Shown here piece after piece: positions 1 to 10,442 of a stretch of DNA of 39,242 nt. This stretch comes from an uncultured Methanosarcinales archaeon (GTDB lineage Archaea > Nanobdellota > Nanobdellia > Woesearchaeales > JABMPP01), in NCBI GenBank assembly GCA_964604995.1, contig CAZSAD010000014.1:1-39242 (forward strand), given 5' to 3'. The notes beneath the pieces were generated by a model that had not been told where the DNA came from, ran no database searches, and saw only the letters and a list, made by a program, of their open reading frames with translations. Position numbers and translations under genes: made by a program. Numbering within the stretch: the first letter of the stretch is position 1; each line of letters opens with the position of its first letter.

Positions 1-563
1 TCAAAATAATCATCCCACGGATTTTCCAGTTTCATCATTTGCTTAACTGAAAGTTTCTCAAAATATTTTCGCATTGGTCTAATAGAATTTCCATGTGCTG
101 AAATTGCAACATTGACTTTCTTTTTTTTCATGAGATTAATTAAATCTTTGATAAACGGATTCACTCTTTTTTCAACCATTTTTATACTCTCTCCATTTGG
201 AGGAGGAGTATCATATCCACGATGCCATATTTTATATTGTTTCTCACCATATTTTTTAATAATTGCTTCATGATTAAGCCCTGCCAATTTTCCATAACTT
301 CTTTCTTTTATTCTAGGGTCTGATATAATTTTAATATTCTTTTTATTTTTTTGAAAACTTAAAACATATTTTAGTGTGCTAATTGATCTTTTCATTCCGG
401 AATGAAATGCAATATCAAATTTTTTATCTTTTAACATTTTGCCAACTTTTTTTGCTTGTTTAATTCCAAGAGGAGTAAGGATGGATTCTTTCCATCCAGT
501 AAATTTTTTATCTCTATTAAAAAAAGTTTGTCCATGTCTAAAGATGTAAATATGCAATTTCAT
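1..563 (-). CDS. gpmA: Histidine phosphatase family protein, probable 2,3-BPG-dependent phosphoglycerate mutase (runs off the left edge)
   Basis: Not in the ORF track; translated by hand: MKLHIYIFRHGQTFFNRDKKFTGWKESILTPLG...IKERSYGKLAGLN...PPPNGES...SAHGNSIR. RHG, ERxYGxLxG and AHGNS motifs present. SD AGGTGA upstream; alternative ATG at 572 overlaps the enolase stop. Confidence 0.85.
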   Translation of the reverse strand, partial: MKLHIYIFRHGQTFFNRDKKFTGWKESILTPLGIKQAKKVGKMLKDKKFDIAFHSGMKRSISTLKYVLSFQKNKKNIKIISDPRIKERSYGKLAGLNHEAIIKKYGEKQYKIWHRGYDTPPPNGESIKMVEKRVNPFIKDLINLMKKKKVNVAISAHGNSIRPMRKYFEKLSVKQMMKLENPWDDYF

Positions 564-571
564 TTTAGTCA

Positions 572-1837
572 TCACCTTATTTTTCCTTGGTATGTTGCTT
601 TGCTACCAAGTTCTTCTTCAATTCTTAATAATTGATTATATTTTGCTGTTCTTTCTCCACGTGCTGGAGCTCCTGATTTTATTTGTCCAACACCTAAACC
701 AACAACTAAATCAGCAATAAAACTATCTTCAGTTTCACCGCTTCTATGACTAACCATTACTTTCATTTCATTATTTCTTGCAAGATTTGCAGCATTAATA
801 GCTTCAGTTACTGACCCTATTTGATTTACTTTCAAAAGCAATGCATTACATGATTTATGAGCTATTGCTGTTTTTATTCTATCAACATTTGTTACTAATA
901 AATCATCGCCAACAATTTGCACTTTATTTCCTATCTTTTCAGTTAGATTTGAAAAACCATCAAAATCTTCTTCATGAAATGGATCTTCAATTGTTATTAT
1001 CCCATATTTTTGTGCCATTTGTTCATAAATAAATGTTAATTTTTCTCTGGTTATACTTTTTCCTTCAAAACTATAATTAAAATTTGTGTAGAACTCACTA
1101 GCTGCACAATCTAAACCAATTTGAATGGTATCAGCATGTCCTGCTTCACTTAATGCATCTTCAATTAGATTTAATGCTTCTTCTATATTTTTTATTGGAG
1201 GTGCAAATCCACCTTCATCACCAACATTAATTGCATTTTTGCCATGTTTTTCTAAAATTACTTTTTTTAGATGATGGTATGTTTCAGCGCAAACTCTTAA
1301 TCCTTCACTAAAACTTTTTGTGCCTGTTGGAAGAATCATAAATTCTTGAATATCTAAATTATTTCCAGCATGCTTCCCCCCATTTATAATATTCATTGCA
1401 GGAGTTGGTATCACAAGTTTTTTTGATTTTGAAATTTGTTGCAAATGTTTGTATAATGGAATACCTTGCTCAAAAGCAGCTGCTCTACAAACTGCCATAC
1501 TTACACCTAAAATTGCATTAGCACCAAGCTTACTTTTAGTTGGTGTACCATCAAGATTAATCATTATATCATCAATTTCTTTTTGATTAATTGGATCTTT
1601 TCCAATTAGTTTTTTTGCAATTATTAAATTAACATTATTAACTGCTTTTAAAACTCCTTTACCTAAATATCTAAAATCATTATCGCGAAGTTCAAGTGCT
1701 TCATGGCTTCCTGTACTAGCTCCGCTTGGTACAATTGCTCTTGAAATTCCTTTTATAGTTTCAACTTCAACTTCTATAGTTGGATTTCCTCTAGAATCTA
1801 GAATTTCTCTTGCTTTGATTTTTTTTATCTTAGCCAT
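572..1837 (-). CDS. eno: Enolase (phosphopyruvate hydratase)
   Basis: [44 protein letters not shown] and [10 protein letters not shown] motifs; SD AGGTGA upstream. Confidence 0.98.
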   Translation of the reverse strand: MAKIKKIKAREILDSRGNPTIEVEVETIKGISRAIVPSGASTGSHEALELRDNDFRYLGKGVLKAVNNVNLIIAKKLIGKDPINQKEIDDIMINLDGTPTKSKLGANAILGVSMAVCRAAAFEQGIPLYKHLQQISKSKKLVIPTPAMNIINGGKHAGNNLDIQEFMILPTGTKSFSEGLRVCAETYHHLKKVILEKHGKNAINVGDEGGFAPPIKNIEEALNLIEDALSEAGHADTIQIGLDCAASEFYTNFNYSFEGKSITREKLTFIYEQMAQKYGIITIEDPFHEEDFDGFSNLTEKIGNKVQIVGDDLLVTNVDRIKTAIAHKSCNALLLKVNQIGSVTEAINAANLARNNEMKVMVSHRSGETEDSFIADLVVGLGVGQIKSGAPARGERTAKYNQLLRIEEELGSKATYQGKIR

Positions 1838-1967
1838 TAAATATCACCTTTTTTTACAATTTTGTTTTTTCTTATACTTAAAAACATTTGCTAATCCAAT
1901 TTTATGATATTTTCTATAATACTCCTTATAATCTTATTTTAAGTTTTATTTTAACTTATACATTGAA

Positions 1968-2957
1968 CTATATTTTAATATCACAATTCCATGGATAAAA
2001 ATTTAGTTTATATTCCTTATAAATTTTCATTGTCTCAAAACTTTTTATCACATCTGAAAACTTATTTCTAATCTGTGCAATTATTTCTCGAAGATGAACA
2101 CTATTTTTTACGATAAGTTCAATCTCAACATCATTTTCACCAATAGATTTACTATAATATAAAATATAAGGGTGCATTCTTGAATATTGGATGAAAAATT
2201 TTTCTTTTTGCTCTGTCATATTTTTTGTTTTAATAAATAATTTATATCTTTCAAATCCTACTTTTTCATAATCAATACAAAGACTGTATCCTTCTATAAT
2301 TTCTTGTTTTCTTAGTTTTTCAATTCTATATGCTACATTTTTTGATGAAGTTTTTACTGCTTTTGCAATTTCAATAATTGGGGTTCTAGAATTATTTGCA
2401 AGTTTTTTTAAAATTTTTTTTTCAATTTCATCAAGCTGGATTATTTCTTTTGGTTGACCAGCATAAGTTAATGGAGAAATATCTTTCTTTTTTCCAAGAA
2501 TGTAGCCTGATCTAAAGTGATGTGCAACAGTAACAAGTGCAATATCTTTTTTCTCTATAAATTTGCCATACTTATTATTTAATTCTGTGCTAAACTTTTG
2601 AAATGCAATAAAATCTTTTGGAAACACAACAATAATATAATCCCATAGTCCTTGGCAGCCAACTACCCATGGCACAAGTTCATGATTGATAAGGTAATTT
2701 CTAAATTCATTTTCTTCTTCTGGAAGAATATCAATTAATTTAAAATAAATTCTAAATGAAAGATAACCAATTAATGCAGTGTTTAAAATTGCAGGAAATC
2801 CTTGTATTACTTCTTTACTGACTAAATTATTTATTTTAAATGTGGAGCCTTGTTTTGAAATTCCAATAGTTCTTGCAAGTTGTGAAGCAGATTGTCTGCT
2901 ATCAATATCTAACTCATATATTAACTTCTTATCTTTTTGATCTAGTTTTATTGTCAT
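1968..2957 (-). CDS. Tandem two-unit Lrp/AsnC-family transcriptional regulator
   Basis: Two HTH units (LDQKDKKLIYELDIDSRQSASQLARTIG and LDEIEKKILKKLANNSRTPIIEIAKAV), each followed by a RAM-like domain. Confidence 0.88.
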   Translation of the reverse strand: MTIKLDQKDKKLIYELDIDSRQSASQLARTIGISKQGSTFKINNLVSKEVIQGFPAILNTALIGYLSFRIYFKLIDILPEEENEFRNYLINHELVPWVVGCQGLWDYIIVVFPKDFIAFQKFSTELNNKYGKFIEKKDIALVTVAHHFRSGYILGKKKDISPLTYAGQPKEIIQLDEIEKKILKKLANNSRTPIIEIAKAVKTSSKNVAYRIEKLRKQEIIEGYSLCIDYEKVGFERYKLFIKTKNMTEQKEKFFIQYSRMHPYILYYSKSIGENDVEIELIVKNSVHLREIIAQIRNKFSDVIKSFETMKIYKEYKLNFYPWNCDIKI

Positions 2958-3009
2958 GTTCTTTGATTATCCTATTTTAATTATTTCATTGCTTCTACTA
3001 ATACTTATT

Positions 3010-3115
3010 ATTAGTCAAAATACTATTTTTAATATAAATTTATTGGTTTTTGACTAATTTTTGTATAAGAAGTTTAATATATTTCTTTAGATTATTTACT
3101 ATTTAATAGTAAATA
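3010..3115. promoter_or_regulatory. Divergent promoter region with two palindromic candidate operators
   Basis: ATTAGTCAAAA (3010-3020)/TTTTGACTAAT (3048-3058) flank a minus-strand TATA-like box (3031-3038). TATTTACTATT-T-AATAGTAAATA (3093-3115) follows a plus-strand TATA-like box (3073-3080). Confidence 0.55.
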
Positions 3116-3160
3116 CAAATCAATGTTTAAGAAAAAATAATAACAATGGGGGCGAATAAA

Positions 3161-3607
3161 ATGAACGCAATTGACGAAAAAACTACAAACGAATTGCTTA
3201 TGCAAGCAGCTAATTATCTTATTAGTTACATAAAACAATTCGCACATGATGATGGAATTAATATTGGATTAAAAAAGAAAATTTTTGGAGAAAAAACAAT
3301 AACTGGCAAAGTCAGATTTCCGTCATCTATGTTAACTATAGATAACATTGATCCACTAATTTCAAGAGAGTATAATACTTTATCTCAAAGAACGAGGGTT
3401 ATTGAACTTGTAAGTGGAATCCTAACTACTGTTAATACTCGTAGCTCTCTTGAAAAATTGGCAGATGCTTATGACTCATTTTCTGGAATGTCAATTATTA
3501 GCATTTATGGTACAACAGAATATGGTACAAAAGCTGATTATTCTGGCATTGCAAAACATTATAGGAACGAAGCAAAGAAACTGAAAGAAACAAAAATAAA
3601 AGAGTGA
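3161..3607 (+). CDS. Hypothetical protein
   Basis: Open frame of about 150 aa; G-rich SD-like run before ATG 3161 (alternative ATG 3146); stop abuts the next ORF; no motif recognised. Confidence 0.65.
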   Translation: MNAIDEKTTNELLMQAANYLISYIKQFAHDDGINIGLKKKIFGEKTITGKVRFPSSMLTIDNIDPLISREYNTLSQRTRVIELVSGILTTVNTRSSLEKLADAYDSFSGMSIISIYGTTEYGTKADYSGIAKHYRNEAKKLKETKIKE

Positions 3608-4854
3608 GAAATATGACAAATGAAAATCAAAACAATATAATTAATCTTAAGCAACGAGTTTTAGAGCTTTATTTTCCTGAGAAACTTGCAGCAACAAATA
3701 CTTCGCAGTCTACATCACTTCAAATTTCAAATACTTCATCACAAGTTGCGCATTCTTCTCTTGTTCAGGGAGGGAATGGTGTTGAGGATTTAATTGAAGC
3801 TGGCTTTTTTTGTAAAAAAGGTGATTTTTATTCTGAAATTATGGAGTGGGTAAAAAGTGCAGAAGATCCACTATCATCTGTTCGTATTAAATATGGTATA
3901 GATTATATGCTCACTAGCGACAACGGGATTGAATTTTTTAAGAATGTTAGCAGTGTAATGGATAGAAATCTTCAGTGGGTTTTCTTTTTTTTGAAAAATA
4001 GGAGTTGGGATGAAGATATTGAAAGCTTTAATAGGATTACTACTTCATTTAAGGATACAAAAATTTACGATGTCTGCAACCAATACCAAAATCTCAATGG
4101 TGGTGATGAACTTGTTTATTTTATTTTCCAGAATACTTTTTTGACAAATTGTGTAATTGATGACTTATTTGCGCATCGCGGTAATAAAGAAAAGGTATTT
4201 TCATCTATTAAACCAAATACAAAAAACCTTAAAGATTATGCTAATTTGCTTTTATCAAATGAAGTTACATTAGCAGCAAGCCTTCTGCAAAAATATTCTA
4301 ACAGGGTAATGGATGGCATAAGTGCTCAGACTTTTTTGGAAATACTTGGGCACAACAATATTTCAAGAAAAGATCCTGCAGATTTGTTTAGCAAAGTTAT
4401 TGGATACAAAAGTAAACTTGGGGAGGGTCGTGAAAAATATAGGATGGAAGTTATTGCTGAAAACGATAGTTACAATCCATTAATACTGGACGATTTTATT
4501 GACAATATACTTTGGTTAGGTGTTGATTATGTAAAAGCAGATGATGCTAATAAAAAAGAAAAAATTCTTTCATTTACTTTAAATTATAGCAAAAAAATGC
4601 AGAAATATGCACTTGAAAATAATAAAAAGGAATTAACTAATCTTAATCTTACAACTAACTGGGTTAGGCATAATATTGAAGAGCCTACCTTATTTGTAGA
4701 CAAAGAAGAAAATCAAGCACCATTAATAACTTACTCCGATGGAAATAAAGTTTATATCACAGGTGCGGGAAACAATTATATCACAGTAAACTCGAGCAAA
4801 CTTATCAAATCAAATACGCTTGTAGACAAAGTTGCAGCATTAATTAAGGAATAA
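3604..4854 (+). CDS. Hypothetical protein
   Basis: 416-aa ORF in AT-rich DNA; GTGA overlap with the upstream gene (ATG 3613 also possible); S/T/Q-rich linker near the N-terminus; no family recognised. Confidence 0.75.
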   Translation: MRNMTNENQNNIINLKQRVLELYFPEKLAATNTSQSTSLQISNTSSQVAHSSLVQGGNGVEDLIEAGFFCKKGDFYSEIMEWVKSAEDPLSSVRIKYGIDYMLTSDNGIEFFKNVSSVMDRNLQWVFFFLKNRSWDEDIESFNRITTSFKDTKIYDVCNQYQNLNGGDELVYFIFQNTFLTNCVIDDLFAHRGNKEKVFSSIKPNTKNLKDYANLLLSNEVTLAASLLQKYSNRVMDGISAQTFLEILGHNNISRKDPADLFSKVIGYKSKLGEGREKYRMEVIAENDSYNPLILDDFIDNILWLGVDYVKADDANKKEKILSFTLNYSKKMQKYALENNKKELTNLNLTTNWVRHNIEEPTLFVDKEENQAPLITYSDGNKVYITGAGNNYITVNSSKLIKSNTLVDKVAALIKE

Positions 4855-4871
4855 AAATGTGAAAACTTTTT

Positions 4872-5657
4872 TTATCCAATATAACTTGTTTCGCTACTTG
4901 GAAGAACATTTTTTAATTTCTTTGAGACTTTTTCTAATTCTCCTCTAATTAAAGAATCACTTTCCATATCTTTAATGTCTTTTTCTAATCTTTTTATATT
5001 GATTCCAAGTTTTAATTTTGTATCTAGTACTTTAATTATTTCTTTACTTCCTTTTATTCCAAGATACATTGGATGAGCAATTGTTTCTGCAAGAAGTGCT
5101 ACTGCATCCATCTTTTTTCTGCGGGATAATCCTAAAAGCAATCCAGATACTCCAACAATTGGTCCAACTACACCATAAAGATTTGGATTTAAAGTTGTTC
5201 CTTTAGTGTATTCTGAAACATATTTTTTATTAGTTCCTGTAATATAAATTTTTGGAATTTTTCCAATTTGTTGAAGTCCAATCCCACCAAGTGTAATTAT
5301 TTCTTTGCATTTCATTTCTTGACAAAAATCTAATACTCTATCACAAAATTCATAAGATGCTTCTTCATTTGTTGGTTGAATATCTCCAGCTAAAAAAAGT
5401 AAATCTTGTTTTCCTTTGCCTGTTATTTTATAATAAACTTCAATGCTCGGAAGTTCAACTAAATTTTCATCATTTACAAAAACAGAATTTGGTAGACTAT
5501 ATGAAAAAAATCCACATAATTTTTTAGCTTTAGTGTCAGCAATCATAAAATCAACTGCAACTTTGCCAACATTACCAATTCCTGGAAGTCCCACTACCAA
5601 AATTGGATTTTTTAATTTTGGGAATTTCTTTTCAACTTTCTCAATTTTCCAAGTCAT
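4872..5657 (-). CDS. PAC2-family proteasome assembly chaperone (PbaA/PbaB-like)
   Basis: LVVGLPGIGNVGK, GDIQP, IITLGG, GPIVGVSGLLL and C-terminal SYIG; usual neighbour of nop10/aIF2-alpha. Confidence 0.92.
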   Translation of the reverse strand: MTWKIEKVEKKFPKLKNPILVVGLPGIGNVGKVAVDFMIADTKAKKLCGFFSYSLPNSVFVNDENLVELPSIEVYYKITGKGKQDLLFLAGDIQPTNEEASYEFCDRVLDFCQEMKCKEIITLGGIGLQQIGKIPKIYITGTNKKYVSEYTKGTTLNPNLYGVVGPIVGVSGLLLGLSRRKKMDAVALLAETIAHPMYLGIKGSKEIIKVLDTKLKLGINIKRLEKDIKDMESDSLIRGELEKVSKKLKNVLPSSETSYIG

Positions 5658-5777
5658 GGAATCCTTAGAAATGACATGTATTTAAATAGTTTAACATTGT
5701 TTTTTTGTCAATAAAATTATTTACTTTTTAGGGGTAAACTTAGAAAGACTTTTAAAACCATTATCATTCCAATAAAC

Positions 5778-6635
5778 ATGGCAGATATATTTATTGATGC
5801 AAATCAAGTAGCGCACGATAGTTTTCTTACAGCAGGCAAAGCAATGTTTGAAGATGCATTTATCCCAAATGTAATATATAAACTTGTTCGTGGTGGAGAC
5901 AATTTTGGAAATGCAGCTTCTGAAATCTTAAAATATGGCGGAATAAAAAATAAATTATCTGAAGTTACAGTTGGTCATTACACACATACTAATACTGAAG
6001 AGGATTCTGTTGGAATTTATAATTATGGATTACCTCCTTGGTTAATAAGGAAGGGAAGTAAAATACTTTTGACAGATGATTTACCAGATTCTGGGGATAC
6101 TGCAGGCGCAGTTGAAGCAGATTTAAAAGATTTGAGAAATTGGATTGGACTAGAAAATTTAAAACTTGCAGTTTTAGTTTATAAAAATTTAGTTAATGAA
6201 CCAATCAAAGAATCAATAAAATACAGAAGATTTTACAACAACAATCTTTTTACTAAATTACATGATTTTCAACTAAAAAATCATCCTGGAAAAATTATAG
6301 AGCTTAAAAATCCTTATACTGGACCAGATTATTACCATCAAGAAATAATTGTTGATAACAAGCATGATCCTAAATATTGGGTAGATTTTGGCACTCACGA
6401 ACTTGTTGGTATGACACCTCAACAAATAAAAGATAGATATGGTGAAGATGTGTGGCAAGCTTTAAGTAAACCCGATCTTGAAAAAATCTCCGAAGGATAT
6501 GGTCCAGATTTTGCAGTTACATTGGAATATAATCTTGATGCAAGAAAACAACTGAAAGATGAAAAAATAAAATTAATAAATGTTCCAGGAACAAAACCCG
6601 TAACTTTACTCGAAGTGTTAGGAATAACTCATTAA
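5778..6635 (+). CDS. Type I phosphoribosyltransferase, purine (hypoxanthine/xanthine) PRTase-like
   Basis: LVRGG loop, PRPP-binding ILLTDDLPDSGDT and PDYY...WVDF..HELVGMT; BRE-TATA at about 5742-5757 implies a leaderless start. Confidence 0.75.
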   Translation: MADIFIDANQVAHDSFLTAGKAMFEDAFIPNVIYKLVRGGDNFGNAASEILKYGGIKNKLSEVTVGHYTHTNTEEDSVGIYNYGLPPWLIRKGSKILLTDDLPDSGDTAGAVEADLKDLRNWIGLENLKLAVLVYKNLVNEPIKESIKYRRFYNNNLFTKLHDFQLKNHPGKIIELKNPYTGPDYYHQEIIVDNKHDPKYWVDFGTHELVGMTPQQIKDRYGEDVWQALSKPDLEKISEGYGPDFAVTLEYNLDARKQLKDEKIKLINVPGTKPVTLLEVLGITH

Positions 6636-6663
6636 TTTTTACAAAATTTAATAATCAAAAAAA

Positions 6664-6840
6664 TTAAACAAATCCTTTTTCTTTCCATTGCTGCATTTTT
6701 GCTTTTCTTCTATAATCTGCCCATTGGTCCTCTGGAGAAAACTTTGCAGGTCTTGGATTTGTTGTTTTAGAATTGCAGGTATCGCATATTTCTTTCATAG
6801 TGTACTTATTACATTTTTCACATTTAAATAAATGTTCCAT
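6664..6840 (-). CDS. nop10: H/ACA RNP protein Nop10
   Basis: Not in the ORF track; 58 aa MEHLFKCEKCNKYTMKEICDTCNSKTTNPRPAKFSPEDQWADYRRKAKMQQWKEKGFV: zinc ribbon plus PAKFSPED..YRR; directly downstream of aIF2-alpha. Confidence 0.95.
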   Translation of the reverse strand: MEHLFKCEKCNKYTMKEICDTCNSKTTNPRPAKFSPEDQWADYRRKAKMQQWKEKGFV

Positions 6841-6924
6841 ATATCTTGATAATTAGAACGAGATTATAAAGCTTTCATTTATTTGATAATAATTTTAATT
6901 AAATTAGAATAAATTTTAATTTAT

Positions 6925-7710
6925 TTATTTCTTTTTATCAATTCTATCAAATTCACCAAAACCTTCTTTTTTATTTATAGAACTAATGGCAGTATTTACA
7001 GCATTATCTAAAACTCTCTCTGCAGTTTTATAATCGGCTGCTTTAACAGAAAGTCCATATTTGCCACCGCCTACATATGCAAGAGTTATTCTATCTACAT
7101 CAGTGCTTCTTGCAGCAATTAACGCATTTCTGACGATATCTACTCCATTTGGTGCATAACTAGTAAGGCCAAGTTTTCCTCCTATTTCTACCTCAGTTGG
7201 CTTTATTCGTGTTTTAACAGTTTCAATTAATACCAATTTAATATCATCGGTTAAATTTAATTGATTAACTTTTGTCTCATCTTGCGAGACTTCCTCGAAG
7301 AATACATAAATATTTTGATATTTGTCTTTAACAGAAGTTGTAATCGCATTGTATAAAGTCGAAACATCTTTACCTAATTTTTTTGCAATAAATTCAACAA
7401 TTTTTTCTGCTTTTTGCAATTGTTTTATTTCATTTATTTTAGCTCTTTTTTGTCCTTCAGTAACTCTTCTTAATGATAAATCAATATTTCCTCTCTCATT
7501 AATATTTAGAACTTTACAAACAATAACTTTTCCTTCTTTGACAAAATCTCTGATATTTCTAATTCTACCTGGAGAAACTTCTGAAATGTGAATCATTCCA
7601 GTTTTGCCATATTCATCTAGAGATGCAAATACTGAATGATGTTGAACATTGGTTACGGTACAAAGAACTAGTTCATCGTCTTCTGGAAAGCCTTGCTTTT
7701 TGTAGAGCAT
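6925..7710 (-). CDS. eif2a: Translation initiation factor aIF2 subunit alpha
   Basis: S1 domain (GMIHISEVSPGRIRNIRDFVKEG, IDLSLRRV) and C-terminal DYKTAE motif. Confidence 0.97.
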   Translation of the reverse strand: MLYKKQGFPEDDELVLCTVTNVQHHSVFASLDEYGKTGMIHISEVSPGRIRNIRDFVKEGKVIVCKVLNINERGNIDLSLRRVTEGQKRAKINEIKQLQKAEKIVEFIAKKLGKDVSTLYNAITTSVKDKYQNIYVFFEEVSQDETKVNQLNLTDDIKLVLIETVKTRIKPTEVEIGGKLGLTSYAPNGVDIVRNALIAARSTDVDRITLAYVGGGKYGLSVKAADYKTAERVLDNAVNTAISSINKKEGFGEFDRIDKKK

Positions 7711-7893
7711 TTATTCAAGGACCTCCAAAATTCTTGCTTCGAAAGATGATTTGCCGCCTGTTGGTCTTGCTAATATTTTACCACATACAAGGCATTTTAC
7801 TTCCATTGAAACTTTGCCGAATGTTATTTGTTCATTCTTGCATTTTGGACATCTTATCTTGATATATTTTGAATTGTGTTCTTTTATTTTCAT
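7711..7893 (-). CDS. rps27e: 30S ribosomal protein S27e
   Basis: CPKCKNEQITF...CLVCGKILARPTGGK; SD GAAGGGG before ATG 7893. Confidence 0.97.
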   Translation of the reverse strand: MKIKEHNSKYIKIRCPKCKNEQITFGKVSMEVKCLVCGKILARPTGGKSSFEARILEVLE

Positions 7894-7938
7894 GGTAAAC
7901 CCCTTCAATTATTAATCAGTTAATATCGGATTAACTAT

Positions 7939-8247
7939 TTATTTGAATTCGATTCTCTTTGCTCTGATGCCATATTTTTGATTATGCATTTTATTGCATT
8001 TTGTGCAAAGATATCTAAGATCAGTTTTCTTTGTAGTTTTTCTACCAGTCATTTTCCAGCTTGTAACTGCTGGTTTAGAGTATCTTCCTAAATTTCCAAG
8101 TCCTCTGGCTTTTCCTCTCTTTCTGGCTCTTACTTTAGAACCATAGCTAGTGCTCCTTGGGCTCTTCTTTTTTGTTTGAGAAATCTTGTGCTCAGTATGC
8201 ATTTTACAATATGGGCAGTATTTCTTTCTTGTCTTTGGTAGTTTCAT
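7939..8247 (-). CDS. rpl44e: 50S ribosomal protein L44e
   Basis: MKLPKTRKKYCPYCKMHTEH...KTTKKTDLRYLCTKC; start moved to ATG 8247, with BRE-TATA at 8269-8284. Confidence 0.96.
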   Translation of the reverse strand: MKLPKTRKKYCPYCKMHTEHKISQTKKKSPRSTSYGSKVRARKRGKARGLGNLGRYSKPAVTSWKMTGRKTTKKTDLRYLCTKCNKMHNQKYGIRAKRIEFK

Positions 8248-8361
8248 GACGAGAAGGAAAATTAAGGGATTTAAAAGCCTTTCGCTAATAATTAGTTTAA
8301 TAACGAGCATTAATCAAAATTTTGAAATAAATGTCAACTTTAAATTAATGATTTTTTTTTA

Positions 8362-9042
8362 TCAATTTTGCTTTATTTCTATTGCTTTTCCTTTTCTTAT
8401 TAGAATCTCAGCTATCTGTCTTGACAGATTAGCAATATCTTCTGGTTCAAATGGTCCATATATCTCAAGTTCTTTTCCAACAAATTTTGGTACATAACTA
8501 ATAAACCTAACCATAAGGGAAGTATCCAATTTTGGTTTTTCAATTTCTTGCATATCTGTTTTTGAATCAATATTTTTATTTTCAGTATTAGCTTGATCGA
8601 CTGTACTTTTTTTAATATCTAAAAAAGGTTCATTTGCTGAAATTATTTTCATTAAAACGCCTGTTCTTGAGCGATTCAAATCCTCGACTAAAGATTCAAA
8701 AAGTATTTTTTCTTCTTTGAGAAGATTTGTTGTATTAATTATGCTGGAGTTGGTTCTTGATTTGAATGTTGCCATCTCCATTATTTTTCTTTCTCGTTTT
8801 TCATATAATTCTTTAATTATTTTTCTAACATTATCAAGCTGTGTTTTTGTCTTGTCTTTTTCTTCTGCTAAAAATAAATTATCATCGTCACTTTTTTTTA
8901 ATATTGCTTCTTTTTCTCTTAAATAACTAACAACATCTAAGAAAAAGCTTTCTTGCATTGGTTGCAAATCTTCTCTTTTCTTTTCTCTACCTAATAGCTC
9001 AAATAAGGTATCATAAGTTATATTAACGTCTTTTTCTGCCAT
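8362..9042 (-). CDS. DNA replication complex GINS protein (GINS15/Gins51-like)
   Basis: A-domain (LQPMQESFF, ELYEKRERKIMEMA, NLLKEEKILF) and C-terminal B-domain (VPKFVGKELEIYGPF..EDIANL...AEILIRKGKA); conserved position upstream of rpl44e. Confidence 0.88.
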   Translation of the reverse strand: MAEKDVNITYDTLFELLGREKKREDLQPMQESFFLDVVSYLREKEAILKKSDDDNLFLAEEKDKTKTQLDNVRKIIKELYEKRERKIMEMATFKSRTNSSIINTTNLLKEEKILFESLVEDLNRSRTGVLMKIISANEPFLDIKKSTVDQANTENKNIDSKTDMQEIEKPKLDTSLMVRFISYVPKFVGKELEIYGPFEPEDIANLSRQIAEILIRKGKAIEIKQN

Positions 9043-9165
9043 TTTTCTTATTGATTAACTAATTTAGGATATTATTTAAATCTTATCTTAACATTTATTA
9101 ATGTAACTTATTATGTTGTATTTATTTTACAAAGCTTTTTTATTTGTGCAATTAATCTTCTTTTT

Positions 9166-10374
9166 ATGGCAAAATTATCATTCCAAACATTAAATTTTTC
9201 AGTAATTGATACTAAATTAGTTGTCACTTATCTTAAACTATTTTACTTTGAGATTGAAAATTCGAAGCTTGAAAAAATAGGGAATTATAATATTATTAAT
9301 AACAACACAATAGAATTCATTGATGCAAAACAAGATTTTGCAGAGAAGAAATTTTCACAAATACTTGCAGAAGGATTTAACAATTTAAAAAATAAGTTAA
9401 ATGGCAAACCTACAATTTACATTCATCGCAATAGTGCAATTCCACTTTTAGGTACACTTTTTATTGGCATTGCAGATAAAAATGTAACAACAATTGAAGT
9501 AAAACCTATGACTAGTTGCAATACTGATTGCATATTTTGTTCTGTGGATTTAACAAGAAGATCAACTGATTTTGTTGTTGAAAAAGAATATTTGGTTCAA
9601 GAAGTTCAAAAACTAGTTGATTTTAAGCAGAGTAATTATATTGAAATTAATGTAAATCCCCATGGTGAACCAACACTTTATGCAGATCTTGTTGGTTTGG
9701 TTTTTGATCTCAAACAAATTCCACAAATAAAAAGTATAACAATGAATACAAATGGTTCTCTTTTAACAAAATCGCTTATGGATAAATTGCTGCAAGCAGG
9801 AATGACAAGGGTAAATGTATCACTTCACTCTCTTGATTCCCAAAGAGCTAAAGTGTTATTTAATACTAAAACTTACGATGTAAATCGTGTAAAAGAAAGT
9901 TGCAGATATCTTGCAAGTAAAAACGCTCTTTTAATAGCACCTGTTTTAGTAACTGGTTATAATGATGATGATATGGGTGATTTAATAGAATTTGCCAAAG
10001 AGATAAATGCACCAATTAGGATTCAAAATTATCAAATACACACTCAAGGTAAAAAGCCAAAAAAGACAGGTGAAACTTCTTGGGATAATTTCTTTGAAAA
10101 GTTAAAAGAACTTGAAAAAAAGCACAATGTTACTTTAATTGGGGAATTTCCAGGTTTTATTTTAAAGAAAACAAAAGTGTTTCCACAACCTTTTACAGAG
10201 GGTCAATTGATTAATGCAAAGATAATGTCTCCTGGTAGTTTTAATGGTGATGTAATTGCAGTTGCAGAAAATAGGGCAATATCTGTTCAGAAATGCTCAA
10301 AAAAATCAGGAATAATCAAATTAAAAATTACCAGAGCAAAGTACAATACTTTCTTTGGGGAAATTATAAATTAA
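9166..10374 (+). CDS. Radical SAM protein with C-terminal TRAM-like domain (COG2100-like, function unknown)
   Basis: CNTDCIFC motif, GEPTLY, TNGSLL and a beta-rich C-terminus. Confidence 0.85.
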   Translation: MAKLSFQTLNFSVIDTKLVVTYLKLFYFEIENSKLEKIGNYNIINNNTIEFIDAKQDFAEKKFSQILAEGFNNLKNKLNGKPTIYIHRNSAIPLLGTLFIGIADKNVTTIEVKPMTSCNTDCIFCSVDLTRRSTDFVVEKEYLVQEVQKLVDFKQSNYIEINVNPHGEPTLYADLVGLVFDLKQIPQIKSITMNTNGSLLTKSLMDKLLQAGMTRVNVSLHSLDSQRAKVLFNTKTYDVNRVKESCRYLASKNALLIAPVLVTGYNDDDMGDLIEFAKEINAPIRIQNYQIHTQGKKPKKTGETSWDNFFEKLKELEKKHNVTLIGEFPGFILKKTKVFPQPFTEGQLINAKIMSPGSFNGDVIAVAENRAISVQKCSKKSGIIKLKITRAKYNTFFGEIIN

Positions 10375-10442
10375 AAATTGAAATGTTTCTTATAAATTCT
10401 AAATGCAATTTTATTTGTAATAATCTTAATTCTATTTTTTTA

